NCBI GenBank assembly: GCA_043809315.1
Contig: JAZDDX010000036.1
Location: forward strand, 1 to 38,908
Length of the DNA: 38,908 nt
Direction: 5' to 3'
DNA from: Pseudomonadota bacterium
Lineage (GTDB): Bacteria; Bdellovibrionota_G; JALEGL01; DATDPG01
Shown: piece by piece, positions 9,928 to 21,088 of the stretch
Numbering within the stretch: position 1 is the stretch's first letter
How the letters are laid out: every line of letters begins with the position of its first letter
The notes under the pieces: model-generated
The model's input: only the letters and a program-made list of their open reading frames with translations
The model's database searches: none
Told to the model about the DNA's origin: nothing
Program-made: the position numbers and the translations under genes

Positions 9928-10412
9928 CGTTGTTTACGACTCACGGTAAGAAATCGATACGGAATCCCGTCGGGAGTCTTGTGCTCCGACTCCTCCGTCA
10001 CATTGAACTCTTTCTGCCAATCAAACTCAGGGAAGAACGTGTCCCCCTGGTAGTCTTTCTCAACAAGCGTGAGATAGAGGCGGTCAGCGGAGGGGAGAGC
10101 GAGTCGGTAGATCTCGGCGCCGCCGACGGCGAAGACCTCGGTTTCCCCTTTGCACAGCTGGAGTGCCTCCTCCCATGTATGAGCGATCTCCACACCCGGG
10201 ATCCGAAGAATCGGGTTGCGAGAGATGACGATGTTTCTCCGGTTCGGAAGCGGGGTCCGGATCGAGTCGAACGTCTTTCGTCCCATAACAATCGCGTGAC
10301 CGGTCGTGAGCTTCTTGAACCGCTTTAGGTCCTCAGAAATATGCCACGGCAGGTGCCCCTTCGCGCCAATCACGCGATTCTTCGCCATCGCCACGAGGAT
10401 CGAAATCGTCAT
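9924..10412 (-). CDS. folA: Dihydrofolate reductase
   Basis: [48 protein letters not shown]. Confidence 0.97.
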   Translation of the reverse strand: MTISILVAMAKNRVIGAKGHLPWHISEDLKRFKKLTTGHAIVMGRKTFDSIRTPLPNRRNIVISRNPILRIPGVEIAHTWEEALQLCKGETEVFAVGGAEIYRLALPSADRLYLTLVEKDYQGDTFFPEFDWQKEFNVTEESEHKTPDGIPYRFLTVSRKQR

Positions 10413-11209
10413 ACCGAAATCGGGGCCGGAATGGCCGGGTGAGGGTCGTACCCTTCGAGTGTGAAATCATCAAACTTGAACTCGAAGAGCGATCTTACCG
10501 TCGGCTTGATCTTCATCCGCGGAAGCGGTTTCGGTTCACGGGACAGCTGGAGCCGCGCCTGCTCCAGATGATTCTTATAAAGGTGAACGTCCCCGAGCGT
10601 GTGGACGAACGTCCCCGGTTTGAGCCCCGCTACCTGCGCCACCATCATGTTCAAGAGCGCATAGCTCGCGATGTTGAACGGGACCCCCAGGAAGAGATCA
10701 GCGCTCCGCTGGTACATCTGGCAGGAGAGGCGCTCGTCGGAGTGGACGTAGAACTGAAACAGGAGGTGGCAAGGGGGGAGCGCCATCTTCGGAAGCTCGG
10801 AAACATTCCAGGCGCTGACGATGTGGCGTCGGGAATGCGGATTCTTCCGGATCCCTTCGATCAGTTGCGACATCTGATCGATTCCGGTCTCCCCGGACGC
10901 GGCTCCCCATTTTCTCCACTGCGCGCCGTAGACCGGGCCGAGATTCCCCTCGGAATCGGCCCACTCGTCCCAGATCGTGACCTTGTTCTCTTTTAAGTAC
11001 CGGACGTTCGTCTCCCCGTTCAAGAACCAGAGGAGCTCGTGGAGGATGGAGCGAAGGTGCAGCTTCTTCGTCGTTACGACCGGGAAACCATCCGAAAGGT
11101 CGAATCGAAGTTGGGCCCCGAATTGGGCAAGTGTCCCGGTCCCGGTCCGATCGGTCCGGGATTCCCCTTTTTCGAGCACTTCCTTCATCAACGTGAGGTA
11201 GTTCCGCAT
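10409..11209 (-). CDS. thyA: Thymidylate synthase
   Basis: [48 protein letters not shown]. Start taken at MRNYL (ATG 11209). Confidence 0.97.
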   Translation of the reverse strand: MRNYLTLMKEVLEKGESRTDRTGTGTLAQFGAQLRFDLSDGFPVVTTKKLHLRSILHELLWFLNGETNVRYLKENKVTIWDEWADSEGNLGPVYGAQWRKWGAASGETGIDQMSQLIEGIRKNPHSRRHIVSAWNVSELPKMALPPCHLLFQFYVHSDERLSCQMYQRSADLFLGVPFNIASYALLNMMVAQVAGLKPGTFVHTLGDVHLYKNHLEQARLQLSREPKPLPRMKIKPTVRSLFEFKFDDFTLEGYDPHPAIPAPISV

Positions 11210-11242
11210 CTTCGAGTCTTTATATTTCCCAATCCGGACGCC

Positions 11243-11310
11243 TTGACAAGAACGGTCTGGTGCCTTAAGTACCAGCACGCCTGCTGGCAGAGACCACAGG
11301 CGAGTGCCAA
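11243..11310 (+). promoter_or_regulatory. Putative sigma-70 promoter with degenerate CIRCE (HrcA) operator
   Basis: TTGACA at 11243-11248, weak -10 TAAGTA 17 bp later, then CTGGCAGAG-N9-GAGTGCCAA (11284-11310) against CIRCE TTAGCACTC-N9-GAGTGCTAA; upstream of groESL. Confidence 0.55.
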
Positions 11311-11343
11311 GAAACGCAGTTAACGAACTGATATATAAGATAA

Positions 11344-11622
11344 ATGCCGATTTACGAATATGAGTGCATTCCGAAGAAACACCGGTTTGAAGAGCTGAGA
11401 AAGATCTCCGACCGTCCGCTCACCCAATGCAAGGTGTGCGGAGGGAAGGTGAAGAAGATGGTCTCGCAGACCGCATTCCATTTGAAGGGAGGCGGTTGGT
11501 ACAAAGACGGCTACGGTTCCGGGAACGGTTCGAAGCCGAAGAAAGCTTCGTCGGAAGCTTGTTCCGGCTGCGAAGCGAAATGTGAAGTGAAGTCCAATAA
11601 ACCAAACAAGGAGCAATCATGA
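11344..11622 (+). CDS. FmdB-family zinc-ribbon protein
   Basis: MPIYEYEC...FE...[19 protein letters not shown] signature. Confidence 0.9.
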   Translation: MPIYEYECIPKKHRFEELRKISDRPLTQCKVCGGKVKKMVSQTAFHLKGGGWYKDGYGSGNGSKPKKASSEACSGCEAKCEVKSNKPNKEQS

Positions 11623-11906
11623 CGATTAAACCTTTGCACGACAAAGTGCTGATCAAGAGAGTCGGTGAGGAAGAGAAGACCAAGGGGGGGATCATCATCC
11701 CCGATACGGCGAAAGAGAAACCGCAGGAAGGGAAGATCGTGGCCTGCGGGCAAGGAAAGCGCACGGAAGAAGGAAAATTGCTTCCGATGCAGGTCAAAAA
11801 AGGGGACCGGATCCTCTTCGCAAAGTACGCCGGGACCGAAGTGAAGATGAACGGCGAGGAGCACGTCATCCTTTCGGAAGACGAGATCCTCGGGATTCTT
11901 GAATAA
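11619..11906 (+). CDS. groES: Co-chaperonin GroES
   Basis: [39 protein letters not shown]. Confidence 0.98.
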   Translation: MTIKPLHDKVLIKRVGEEEKTKGGIIIPDTAKEKPQEGKIVACGQGKRTEEGKLLPMQVKKGDRILFAKYAGTEVKMNGEEHVILSEDEILGILE

Positions 11907-11919
11907 CGTCAACGGATAA

Positions 11920-13581
<1,662 letters not shown>

Positions 13582-13600
13582 TCCCTCCGTTCCATTGAGT

Positions 13601-13636
13601 AAAAAAGGCGCGGGTTTCCCCCGCGCCTTTTTTTTT
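13601..13636 (+). terminator. Intrinsic terminator after groEL (bidirectional form)
   Basis: AAAAAA-GGCGCGGG-TTTC-CCCGCGCC-TTTTTTTTT. Confidence 0.92.
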
Positions 13637-13651
13637 CGATATACTCCCCCT

Positions 13652-14695
13652 ATGCGGAAGATCTCGATCCTCCTTTTCAGTCTGAATCTTCTTCTGGCGG
13701 GATGCCCCATCAGCAACAGCACCGGCGGGGGGGGCGGCAGCGGCGGGCTGGGAGGGGGCGGCTCCACCCCTCCGGGAGAGACGGGGGAAGAGGCTGGTGG
13801 GCTGGTCGAGAATCCAATGTCCTCTCTCTGTGTGACGCGGGGGGGGAGGATGTTCCTGACGAGCAGCGGGGGGAAGACCCTCGTTTCGTCGAACGGAAGC
13901 ACGTTCACCGTTCTGGACGGGACGGCGCGCGATCTCCGCGCCTCCTGGTGCGATCAACAGTCCACCTCCGCCACCGACGTCTGGTTCGCCGGATCGGGGG
14001 GGAAGATCCTTCATTATAATGGGAGCACCCTCTCCGAAGAGATTTCGGGGATCGATCAAACGCTGAACGGTCTGTTCGGGACCGATATCAGCAATGTTTA
14101 TGCGGTCGGAGAGGGGGGAACGATCGTTCATCGTTCGGGAACAACGTGGGGAGAGGAAACTTCCGGCGTGACGGGATCGCTCCGGGGGATCAGCGGAATC
14201 CAGCCGGCCGTGTATGCCGTCGGATCGAACCGAACGGTACTTCGCAGCGGCGGGAGCGGGAGTTGGGCCCCCGTCTCTCTTCCCTCTTCGTTGGATGGGG
14301 ACGTGCCGCCCGATACGAACTTGAACGGTATCTGGGTTCAACCGGTCAGTGGGGGCTCGATCTTCATCGTGGCGGATGGGGGCAGGATCTTCCGCGGTAC
14401 GATCGGCGGGATCACCTGGACGAAAATGGACAGTGGAACGAGCAAAAACCTCCGCGCAGTCTCTGGCACATCGGCCAGCCAAGTTTTCGCCGTCGGTGAT
14501 AGTGGCGTGATCCTCTCGTTCGACGGAACGAACTGGACGAAGCAGACGAATCCGGAGGACGATAAGTTCTCTCTTTTCGGTGTGTTGCCCGCCTCGGCGA
14601 CCAGCGCCTTTGCGGTGGGGGCGGACGGCACGTCGGCCACGTCGAACGGCGTGATCCTGGGGCTGACGGGGAGTTCCTGGGCCAGCTTCAAGTAA
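13652..14695 (+). CDS. Lipoprotein with WD40/YCF48-like beta-propeller repeats
   Basis: Lipobox LLAGC, Gly linker, repeated L..(V/I).G....V(W/Y/F)AVG..G.I...G..W units. Confidence 0.8.
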   Translation: MRKISILLFSLNLLLAGCPISNSTGGGGGSGGLGGGGSTPPGETGEEAGGLVENPMSSLCVTRGGRMFLTSSGGKTLVSSNGSTFTVLDGTARDLRASWCDQQSTSATDVWFAGSGGKILHYNGSTLSEEISGIDQTLNGLFGTDISNVYAVGEGGTIVHRSGTTWGEETSGVTGSLRGISGIQPAVYAVGSNRTVLRSGGSGSWAPVSLPSSLDGDVPPDTNLNGIWVQPVSGGSIFIVADGGRIFRGTIGGITWTKMDSGTSKNLRAVSGTSASQVFAVGDSGVILSFDGTNWTKQTNPEDDKFSLFGVLPASATSAFAVGADGTSATSNGVILGLTGSSWASFK

Positions 14696-14703
14696 GAGAA
14701 TTT

Positions 14704-14732
14704 TTGCATCGGACGGCAAGCTCCGTTAGGTT
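14704..14732 (+). promoter_or_regulatory. Putative sigma-70 promoter for a leaderless transcript
   Basis: TTGCAT-N17-TAGGTT-N6-ATG(14739); no Shine-Dalgarno sequence. Confidence 0.55.
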
Positions 14733-14738
14733 CCCCGC

Positions 14739-15449
14739 ATGTCCGATCTCTTCAAGTTCATCATCCTGAACGCGCGGCCGGCGGCCGGAAAATCTGAAGT
14801 CATTCACTATCTGAAGTCGGTTCCTGTAGCCGAACGGCGGGAACGGTTTCATGTCGGGGATGTGGTCGAATTCGACGACTTCCTCTATGTCTGGGAGAAG
14901 TTCGAAGAGGATGACATCTGCTCCAAGTACGGGAAGGAGCGGGTTTGGACCGACAAGAAGTATTATTTCAAGGATCACTTTCTCTGGAACCTGTTCATCG
15001 AGAAGATCAACCTGGCGGTGGAGAAGCACCTCCGCGATCACCCCGACTTCTTCAAGACCTCAACCGCCCTTGTCGAGTTCTCGCGCGGAGGGGGGAACGG
15101 CTTCGGAGAAGCGTATGGATACTTGAGTGACCGGATCCTCAAGGATGCCGGCATCCTCTACATCGATGTCTCGTACGAAGAGTCGGTCCGGAAGAACCAG
15201 AAAAGGAAACGGCCGGGTCTGGCCGATTCCGTCTTGTTCCACTCGTTGCCGGACGACAAGATGGAGTTCTATTACAAGACGAACGACTGGGGGAAGCTGA
15301 CCGCGTCCAACCCGACCCACATCCCGGTCCGGAACTTCCGCGTCCCGTATTCCGTCCTTAAGAACGAACCGGATGTAACCGACGATCCCGTCAAACTCGG
15401 GAAAGCGCTCGATCAAACGTTCGGAACTCTTTGGAAGGGGATGAGATAA
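14739..15449 (+). CDS. Uncharacterised P-loop NTPase / small-molecule kinase-like protein
   Basis: N-terminal strand plus Walker-A-like IILNARPAAGKS; later LVEFSRG and ILYIDVSYEESVRKN..R, as in NMP/shikimate-kinase-like folds. Confidence 0.7.
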   Translation: MSDLFKFIILNARPAAGKSEVIHYLKSVPVAERRERFHVGDVVEFDDFLYVWEKFEEDDICSKYGKERVWTDKKYYFKDHFLWNLFIEKINLAVEKHLRDHPDFFKTSTALVEFSRGGGNGFGEAYGYLSDRILKDAGILYIDVSYEESVRKNQKRKRPGLADSVLFHSLPDDKMEFYYKTNDWGKLTASNPTHIPVRNFRVPYSVLKNEPDVTDDPVKLGKALDQTFGTLWKGMR

Positions 15450-15450
15450 C

Positions 15451-16524
15451 ATGTCGGAATCTCGGGAAGGGAGTACGGGGCGGCTTCTCCAACTCTGCGG
15501 CGGCTACTTTTTCTTCTATGTCTTGACCGGCGTCATCGTGAAGTACTTCCTGGGCTCCGTGGACAAGGGGTTTCCGGGGATGCAGGAGCTCGAGTTTCTC
15601 GTCTACAACTCCTCGACCGCCACTACCACGGTCCTTCTCTTCGTGGTCATCGCCGGGTGGTATCGGCTCAAGTCGAACGGTTCGATCGAGTGGAAAGGGC
15701 TCCGGTTCCCGGCGGAGTACCTTTACATCATCCCTTCCGGAGTCTGCACGGCGGTGATCATTCCGACGACGACGCTCATGTACACCCTTCCGATCTCCGT
15801 CATGGTCGCGATGGTGATCATGCGGGGGGCGGTGATCGTGATCAGCCGCGTGGTCGACGCGGTTCAGATCCGGCAAGGAGTTTTGAAGAAGCAGGTCTAT
15901 TGGGAGGAAAACGCCGCCGTTGTTTTTGCGATTGCCGCGGTCGGCGTGAATCTTTTCGGGTCGTCGAAGCCGGGGACGTTCGATTTCATCCATTCGCCGG
16001 CGGCGATGACGATCCTTTTGAGTTATATCGTCGCCTACACGTTGCGTATCTACATCATGAATTATTTCAAGAACACCCGGGCGCCGGGGGTGAAACAGGA
16101 CAACAAGGGGTTCCTGGCGATCGAGCAGTGTTCCGCATTCGGAACCTTGCTAGTCGCATCCCTTCTCGTCTTCTTTGCTCCCTCTCTTTTTGGGTGGAAT
16201 CCCCCCCAGATCCAGGTTTTCCGCGGGGCGATCCTGGAACCGAGGCCGATGTGGGGGTGGGCCATGGTCTGCGGTATCCCGTACGCCACGGTGACCTTCT
16301 TCTCGGTCTTCATCTTCATGTTCAAGGGACGGACCGCGACGTTCGCCGGCTGCGTGAACCGCCTGACCTCGTTGGTGGCCGGGACGACGGCGACGTTGAT
16401 CTTCCACTACGCTTTCGGGGGGAAATTCCCGAGTCGGGATGACTGGCTCTCGCTCGGTTTTATCCTTGTCGCGATCGTATTCTTGACCCTGGCCGAACAG
16501 AGGCGTGCCAAGGAACTTGCGTGA
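15451..16524 (+). CDS. Uncharacterised membrane protein with about 10 TM helices, probably DMT superfamily
   Basis: About 10 hydrophobic segments in two halves; C-terminal ...FGGKFPSRDDWLSLGFILVAIVFL resembles EamA-type ends; starts 1 nt after the upstream stop. Confidence 0.7.
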   Translation: MSESREGSTGRLLQLCGGYFFFYVLTGVIVKYFLGSVDKGFPGMQELEFLVYNSSTATTTVLLFVVIAGWYRLKSNGSIEWKGLRFPAEYLYIIPSGVCTAVIIPTTTLMYTLPISVMVAMVIMRGAVIVISRVVDAVQIRQGVLKKQVYWEENAAVVFAIAAVGVNLFGSSKPGTFDFIHSPAAMTILLSYIVAYTLRIYIMNYFKNTRAPGVKQDNKGFLAIEQCSAFGTLLVASLLVFFAPSLFGWNPPQIQVFRGAILEPRPMWGWAMVCGIPYATVTFFSVFIFMFKGRTATFAGCVNRLTSLVAGTTATLIFHYAFGGKFPSRDDWLSLGFILVAIVFLTLAEQRRAKELA

Positions 16525-16528
16525 TTTG

Positions 16529-16557
16529 TTGCCCGGAATAAAAGGAGACGTTAACCT
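16529..16557 (+). promoter_or_regulatory. Putative sigma-70 promoter
   Basis: TTGCCC-N17-TAACCT upstream of RBS GAAAGG and ATG 16595. Confidence 0.4.
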
Positions 16558-16594
16558 CCCGGCAGGCCATCACAGATACAGAAAGGAAAGGACC

Positions 16595-18592
16595 ATGAGA
16601 GATCGGAAAGCATTTTGGGTGATTACAATTCTTCTCGCCCTCGGTGTTGGGGCCTGCTCCTCCGGAGGAGGGAAGAACGGCATCGTCGACGAAAACGGGA
16701 ACGTCATCAGCAGCGTCGATACGAACGATTCCGTGACTCTCACTCTCTCCGGCCTCAAGAAGAACACCCAATACAATATTGGCGTTGCAGACCCGTCCGG
16801 GACCGCGTTGAGCCCCTCCGGTGGGTTCATCGCTTCGACAGATGAGGATGGGACCTTACCCGCCTCGACGGTCCTTCAGGATCTCGGTGTCGTGAGTTCG
16901 TCCCGATTGAGGGTTCCGAACGGCACTCGGGCAGCGACGACGATGGCGGCCCCCGCCACCGGAAGTTACAAGGTCACGGTGACCGATTCGACCGGTGCCA
17001 AGGTTTATGAGACGACCTTCACGGTCGTGGACAACAGCAAAGTATTCTGCTCCGACGCGGCCGGAACGGCGCGCGGATCGTTCACTCCGGGTGAGGCGGT
17101 CTACGCGAGCCTGGCTAAGGGGACCGGGAGCCTGGCGGACGGCACGTACACCTGTTACGTCGTTTCCGACAACGGGGCCCCTCTTCAGGAGGACGAAACG
17201 CTTTCGGGAGTCGCGCAGGGGAGCGTGACGGTTACGAGCGGGAAAGGGACGGTCAGCTTGGGAAGTTCCTTCAGCTCTACTCCGCCGAACAACGCTTATG
17301 ACGTCGTCTGCGACATCGATGGAAATGGGAAGTTCAATCGGGCAAAGGACCTGATCTCCCGTCCGCGCCGGTTCAACGCCTGCTTCACGGTTCAGCGCGC
17401 GAATGCGGCGACCAGCGACATCACCGGGCAGATCTGCGCCGACCGGAACGGAAACTACCGGGACGTCTTCGATCCGAACGCGACCGATACCAGCATCCGG
17501 GACGTGTGGGCCTGGATCTCCCCGCCGGAAAAAGGGGCGGTCGATCACCGGATCGGCGTGCGCAAGTACGTGGTGGAGCATAAGAACACCTGGACGGACG
17601 GCGACGACCTGATCGACGTGACCGGTCCGGATGGGGCTTCCGCGTTCAAACTGGACGCGGTTCAGGGGTTCTGTACGAACGAGGCGCCATGGCTGGTCTG
17701 GCCGCGCCAACTTCTCGTGGCCGGTTGCTACGACTGCATCATCGATGTCAACGCCGACGGGAAATACACCAAGGGGGTCGATTTCCTCGACTACTGGGAT
17801 CTGACCGGGCAAGTGACTTGCGGGATGCGTGTTTCGGACAGCGCTTGTGCCGCCGACGCGATTGAAGTCACGGAACCGACGGACGGATCGTCCACGGACA
17901 AGACGAAGATTGATCTGAAGGGGACTCTCGCGGCGGCCGGAACGTCCGGAAGTGTGACGATCACGTCGGGGAGTTCGTCGAACCGGATCACGTTGGATGT
18001 GTCAGGGGCGACGATCGAGGCAACGTTGCCTCTCTTCCATGGTGAAAACCTGATCACCGTGGCGGTGACAAAAACGGACGGCAAAACCTGCTCGAAGACG
18101 TTCAAGATCACGTCGACGGCGGAGGCCTCGGCCGGAGAACTGTTCCGCGCGCAGCTGACCTGGGCTACGGGGGATGACATGGATCTTCACGTCGTCCAGC
18201 CGAGCGGGACCACCGACTCGTCGACCGACTGCTACTACTCCAACTGCAAAACCGCGGCCGGCGGTCGGGATTGGGGGAACATGGGGCACGCGGAGCTGGA
18301 TGTGGATTGCATCCCGCCGACCTGCACAAGCTTGATCGAGAACATCTGGCTGACCGATATCGCCCAGAGCGGGACGTACACCGTCTATGTGAAGGCGTAC
18401 AGCGGCACCGGGACGAGTGTTACCACCTCGATCTTCGTCAAAGGGACACAGGTGGCGACCGTCAATTGCGGTACCCTGGTAGTCAGCTCCCCGACCTATT
18501 GGTGCAAAGTCGGTACGGTGAATTGGTCGGGGGCAACGACCGGAAGCGGCGCCTTTACGCCGAGCGGCATTACCGGGAACACCGCGCCGTAA
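16595..18592 (+). CDS. Large Cys-rich lipoprotein with duplicated Ca-binding-like modules, Ig-like domain and C-terminal YfaP/DUF2135-like domain
   Basis: Lipobox VGAC, RBS; DIDGNGKF and DVNADGKY motifs; LFHGENLITV Ig-like strand; FRAQLTW..DDMDLHV..P...LDVD...ENI YfaP-like motif. Confidence 0.75.
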   Translation: MRDRKAFWVITILLALGVGACSSGGGKNGIVDENGNVISSVDTNDSVTLTLSGLKKNTQYNIGVADPSGTALSPSGGFIASTDEDGTLPASTVLQDLGVVSSSRLRVPNGTRAATTMAAPATGSYKVTVTDSTGAKVYETTFTVVDNSKVFCSDAAGTARGSFTPGEAVYASLAKGTGSLADGTYTCYVVSDNGAPLQEDETLSGVAQGSVTVTSGKGTVSLGSSFSSTPPNNAYDVVCDIDGNGKFNRAKDLISRPRRFNACFTVQRANAATSDITGQICADRNGNYRDVFDPNATDTSIRDVWAWISPPEKGAVDHRIGVRKYVVEHKNTWTDGDDLIDVTGPDGASAFKLDAVQGFCTNEAPWLVWPRQLLVAGCYDCIIDVNADGKYTKGVDFLDYWDLTGQVTCGMRVSDSACAADAIEVTEPTDGSSTDKTKIDLKGTLAAAGTSGSVTITSGSSSNRITLDVSGATIEATLPLFHGENLITVAVTKTDGKTCSKTFKITSTAEASAGELFRAQLTWATGDDMDLHVVQPSGTTDSSTDCYYSNCKTAAGGRDWGNMGHAELDVDCIPPTCTSLIENIWLTDIAQSGTYTVYVKAYSGTGTSVTTSIFVKGTQVATVNCGTLVVSSPTYWCKVGTVNWSGATTGSGAFTPSGITGNTAP

Positions 18593-18601
18593 GCAAATCT
18601 C

Positions 18602-20923
18602 CTAGTGTCCGGCGTTGGCTCCGAGTCGACGCCGGATTAGGAGCAGGCCGAGCATCGCGAAAATCGAAAGGAGGAGGCTCGCGCCTCCCTTGGAGGAGGC
18701 CGAACACCCTGACGATTCGACAACCACTTGGGTTTCCGTGGCGGCCGCCGGGGAGGCCCACGCTTCATCTTTCCCCATTGCGAGCCGGAATGCATTCAAG
18801 CTGGCCGAAGAGGCGGGTCGGAGTTGAGGATAGCTGTTCGCCGCGATCGACCAGACGTTCGTGAAGTCCCAATTTAGATAGGTACCCTGGGTCTGCATCT
18901 GCGCTTTTGTCCGCTGGTTCCCGTCGTCCGGCATGGCGGTATTGGCAGGGATGGAGGCGTCTTTGAGCCAGTAAGAGCTGGTGACGGTTCCCCCAAAGAT
19001 GACTCCCACAAATCCACCCACCTCCACCGTGCCGGCGACCGGGGCGACGATCCCGATGGAGTAGCTGTTGGTGATCGTGCTTTGTGAGAGCGTTCCGACG
19101 AATCCTCCGAGGTCTTGGCATGTTCCGAAATATCCGGTGGCACATCCGCCGGAGACGGAACCGGTCGAGTAGGAGTCGGTTACGATGCTTCCACTGTACA
19201 TGAGCCCGACGAACCCTCCGACGTTACTCTGGCCCGTCACGTTTCCGGTGGCATAAGAAGTCTGTACGACTGCAGGTTCCTCGGAGGTCGTGGTTCCGTC
19301 GTCGGCGATGACACTGTCCATGTTCCCCACCAAACCTCCGACGATGGGAAAGGACGGCCCGGTGGAGGAAACAGCTCCTGTCGCATAGGAGTGGGTGATC
19401 GATCCCCCTCCTTGATACCCCACCAGCCCTCCGATCGTGCTGAACGGAGCGGTTCCGAAAACAACCGACGCGGAGGCATGGGAGTTCGAAAGGTAGCCGA
19501 AGTTGTATCCGATCAAGCCCCCGATTCCGGTATTGCCCGTCACCTGACCGCTGGTCACGTGACAGTTCTCCATGATCCCGTGCTGGGTACCCCCTCCGAT
19601 GAAGAACCACATGTCGAGCAACCCCGCGAACCCGCCGACTCCGTCGTTCCCGGTGACGTTGACGTTCTCGAGGGTCAGGTCCTTGATGACAGCGGAGGCC
19701 GATACGAAGCCGAAGAATCCCATGGCCTGGTAGTCGGAAAGCGTCGGGTCGCTGTAGGTAAAGTTCCGAACAACATGGCCGCCACCGTCAAACGTACCGC
19801 TGAACTGGAGGTCTTCCCGATCGTAAGTCCCATCCAGGCCGATCGGAGTGAAGTTGTTCTGACCCGGTGACGGAATCGGAAGAACGATGTCGTTCATCAA
19901 TTGGAAGTGGCAACCGACGTGCAAAGCGACGTTTTGGAGATGGGTCGCGTTGTAGATCAGATACGGGGTCGGCGGGAACCCGGTTCCCCCTCCAAAATCT
20001 TGGTCGCGCCTCGTACAGTACGTTCCCGTTCCCTTGAGCGGGCGTGACGTGGTCTGAGAATCGGCACTGTCGAAGTACGTCATCTCGATCGTCCGGTGGA
20101 ACTCGTACGCGTACGTGGGGGCAAACGTTACGATCACGGAACAGCTACCTCCGACTGCCACCGTTGCTCCGACGTTGCAGCTCCCCCCTTGGCCGGGGAA
20201 GTTCCCTCCTTTGTATTGGAGGATCGTGGCCGTGAAAGGCACCGGCTGAAGGTTTGTCGCGGGCGCTGAGCCGGTGTTGGTCACGGTAAACGTCCTGTTC
20301 ACGCTCGTCCCGACACTGACATACCCGTAATCGTATTCCGGCCCGTCGGAGATCGTGAGCACCGCCCTCGGTGTCGAAGTCGGAGTCGTCGTTGCCGTGG
20401 CGGTCGGAGTCACGGTCGGCGTTCGAGTCGGTGTTGCGGTGGCGGTCGGAGTCACGGTGGGGGTTCGAGTCGGTGTTGCGGTGGCGGTCGGCGTCACGGT
20501 CGGCGTGTTCGTCGGCGTCGCGGTTGCCGTTGCCGTTGCCGTGGGTGTCGGCGTGACGGTGGGTGTCCGAGTCGGCGTCGCGGTTGCCGTTGCCGTGGGT
20601 GTCGGCGTGACGGTGGGGGTTCGAGTTGGCGTTGCCGTGGCGGTCGGGGTGACGGTGGGGGTTCGAGTTGGTGTTGCCGTGGCCGTCGGAGTGACGATTG
20701 GTGTATTCGTCGGCGTGGCAGTGACCGTCACGGTTGGCACGACGGTTGGCGTCTCCGTCGGAACGATTTCGGGTGTGACGGTGGCCGTCGGGGTCGGAGA
20801 TGAAGTGCTGGAAGAGGAGTTGGAGCCTGTATGGATCTCGGTCGCTTGGCCGATACAGCCGGACAAAAGGGCGCTCGAAAGGAGGAGAAGCGCAAGAGGA
20901 TGGAACTTGTGGCCGGCGGTCAT
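18602..20923 (-). CDS. Surface lipoprotein: PT stalk, Ig-like (choice-of-anchor D-like) domain, GLUG repeats, MYXO-CTERM-like tail
   Basis: Lipobox LSGC; long TPT(A/V) region; YDYG...FTVTNTG...[16 protein letters not shown] and repeated VGGLVG...[19 protein letters not shown]...TM...RRR. Confidence 0.85.
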   Translation of the reverse strand: MTAGHKFHPLALLLLSSALLSGCIGQATEIHTGSNSSSSTSSPTPTATVTPEIVPTETPTVVPTVTVTATPTNTPIVTPTATATPTRTPTVTPTATATPTRTPTVTPTPTATATATPTRTPTVTPTPTATATATATPTNTPTVTPTATATPTRTPTVTPTATATPTRTPTVTPTATATTTPTSTPRAVLTISDGPEYDYGYVSVGTSVNRTFTVTNTGSAPATNLQPVPFTATILQYKGGNFPGQGGSCNVGATVAVGGSCSVIVTFAPTYAYEFHRTIEMTYFDSADSQTTSRPLKGTGTYCTRRDQDFGGGTGFPPTPYLIYNATHLQNVALHVGCHFQLMNDIVLPIPSPGQNNFTPIGLDGTYDREDLQFSGTFDGGGHVVRNFTYSDPTLSDYQAMGFFGFVSASAVIKDLTLENVNVTGNDGVGGFAGLLDMWFFIGGGTQHGIMENCHVTSGQVTGNTGIGGLIGYNFGYLSNSHASASVVFGTAPFSTIGGLVGYQGGGSITHSYATGAVSSTGPSFPIVGGLVGNMDSVIADDGTTTSEEPAVVQTSYATGNVTGQSNVGGFVGLMYSGSIVTDSYSTGSVSGGCATGYFGTCQDLGGFVGTLSQSTITNSYSIGIVAPVAGTVEVGGFVGVIFGGTVTSSYWLKDASIPANTAMPDDGNQRTKAQMQTQGTYLNWDFTNVWSIAANSYPQLRPASSASLNAFRLAMGKDEAWASPAAATETQVVVESSGCSASSKGGASLLLSIFAMLGLLLIRRRLGANAGH
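20368..20797 (-). repeat. Coding Pro/Thr tandem repeat ([14 protein letters not shown] units)
   Basis: Degenerate 42-60 bp units encoding TPT(R/N)TPTVTPT(AT)n. Confidence 0.9.
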
Positions 20924-20943
20924 AAAGAGTTCTAGGAGAGTAG

Positions 20944-20960
20944 AGCAAGGGTTGTGCCTA
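20944..20960 (-). promoter_or_regulatory. Putative sigma-54 (-24/-12) promoter
   Basis: Minus strand TAGGCACAACCCTTGCT (GG-N10-GC), 21 nt between the GC and ATG 20923. Confidence 0.7.
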
Positions 20961-21088
20961 ACGCGGCATGTCGTAAGTTTCTGTTTCGGCTCGATTTCTT
21001 GTCACCGTGATCGGACATAGAGGACGCTACTTTTTTCGTAGTTGAAACTTTGTTCTCCTCACCCGTCACTGGTAGAAAGCGACGCCCC

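Noticed and set aside
20368..20797. Repeat arrays as CRISPR
   Set aside because: In-frame degenerate coding repeats without unique spacers; no cas genes.
20355..21020. VGV-repeat ORFs (also 27535..28158 and 38217..38663)
   Set aside because: Antisense shadows of the TPT coding repeats.
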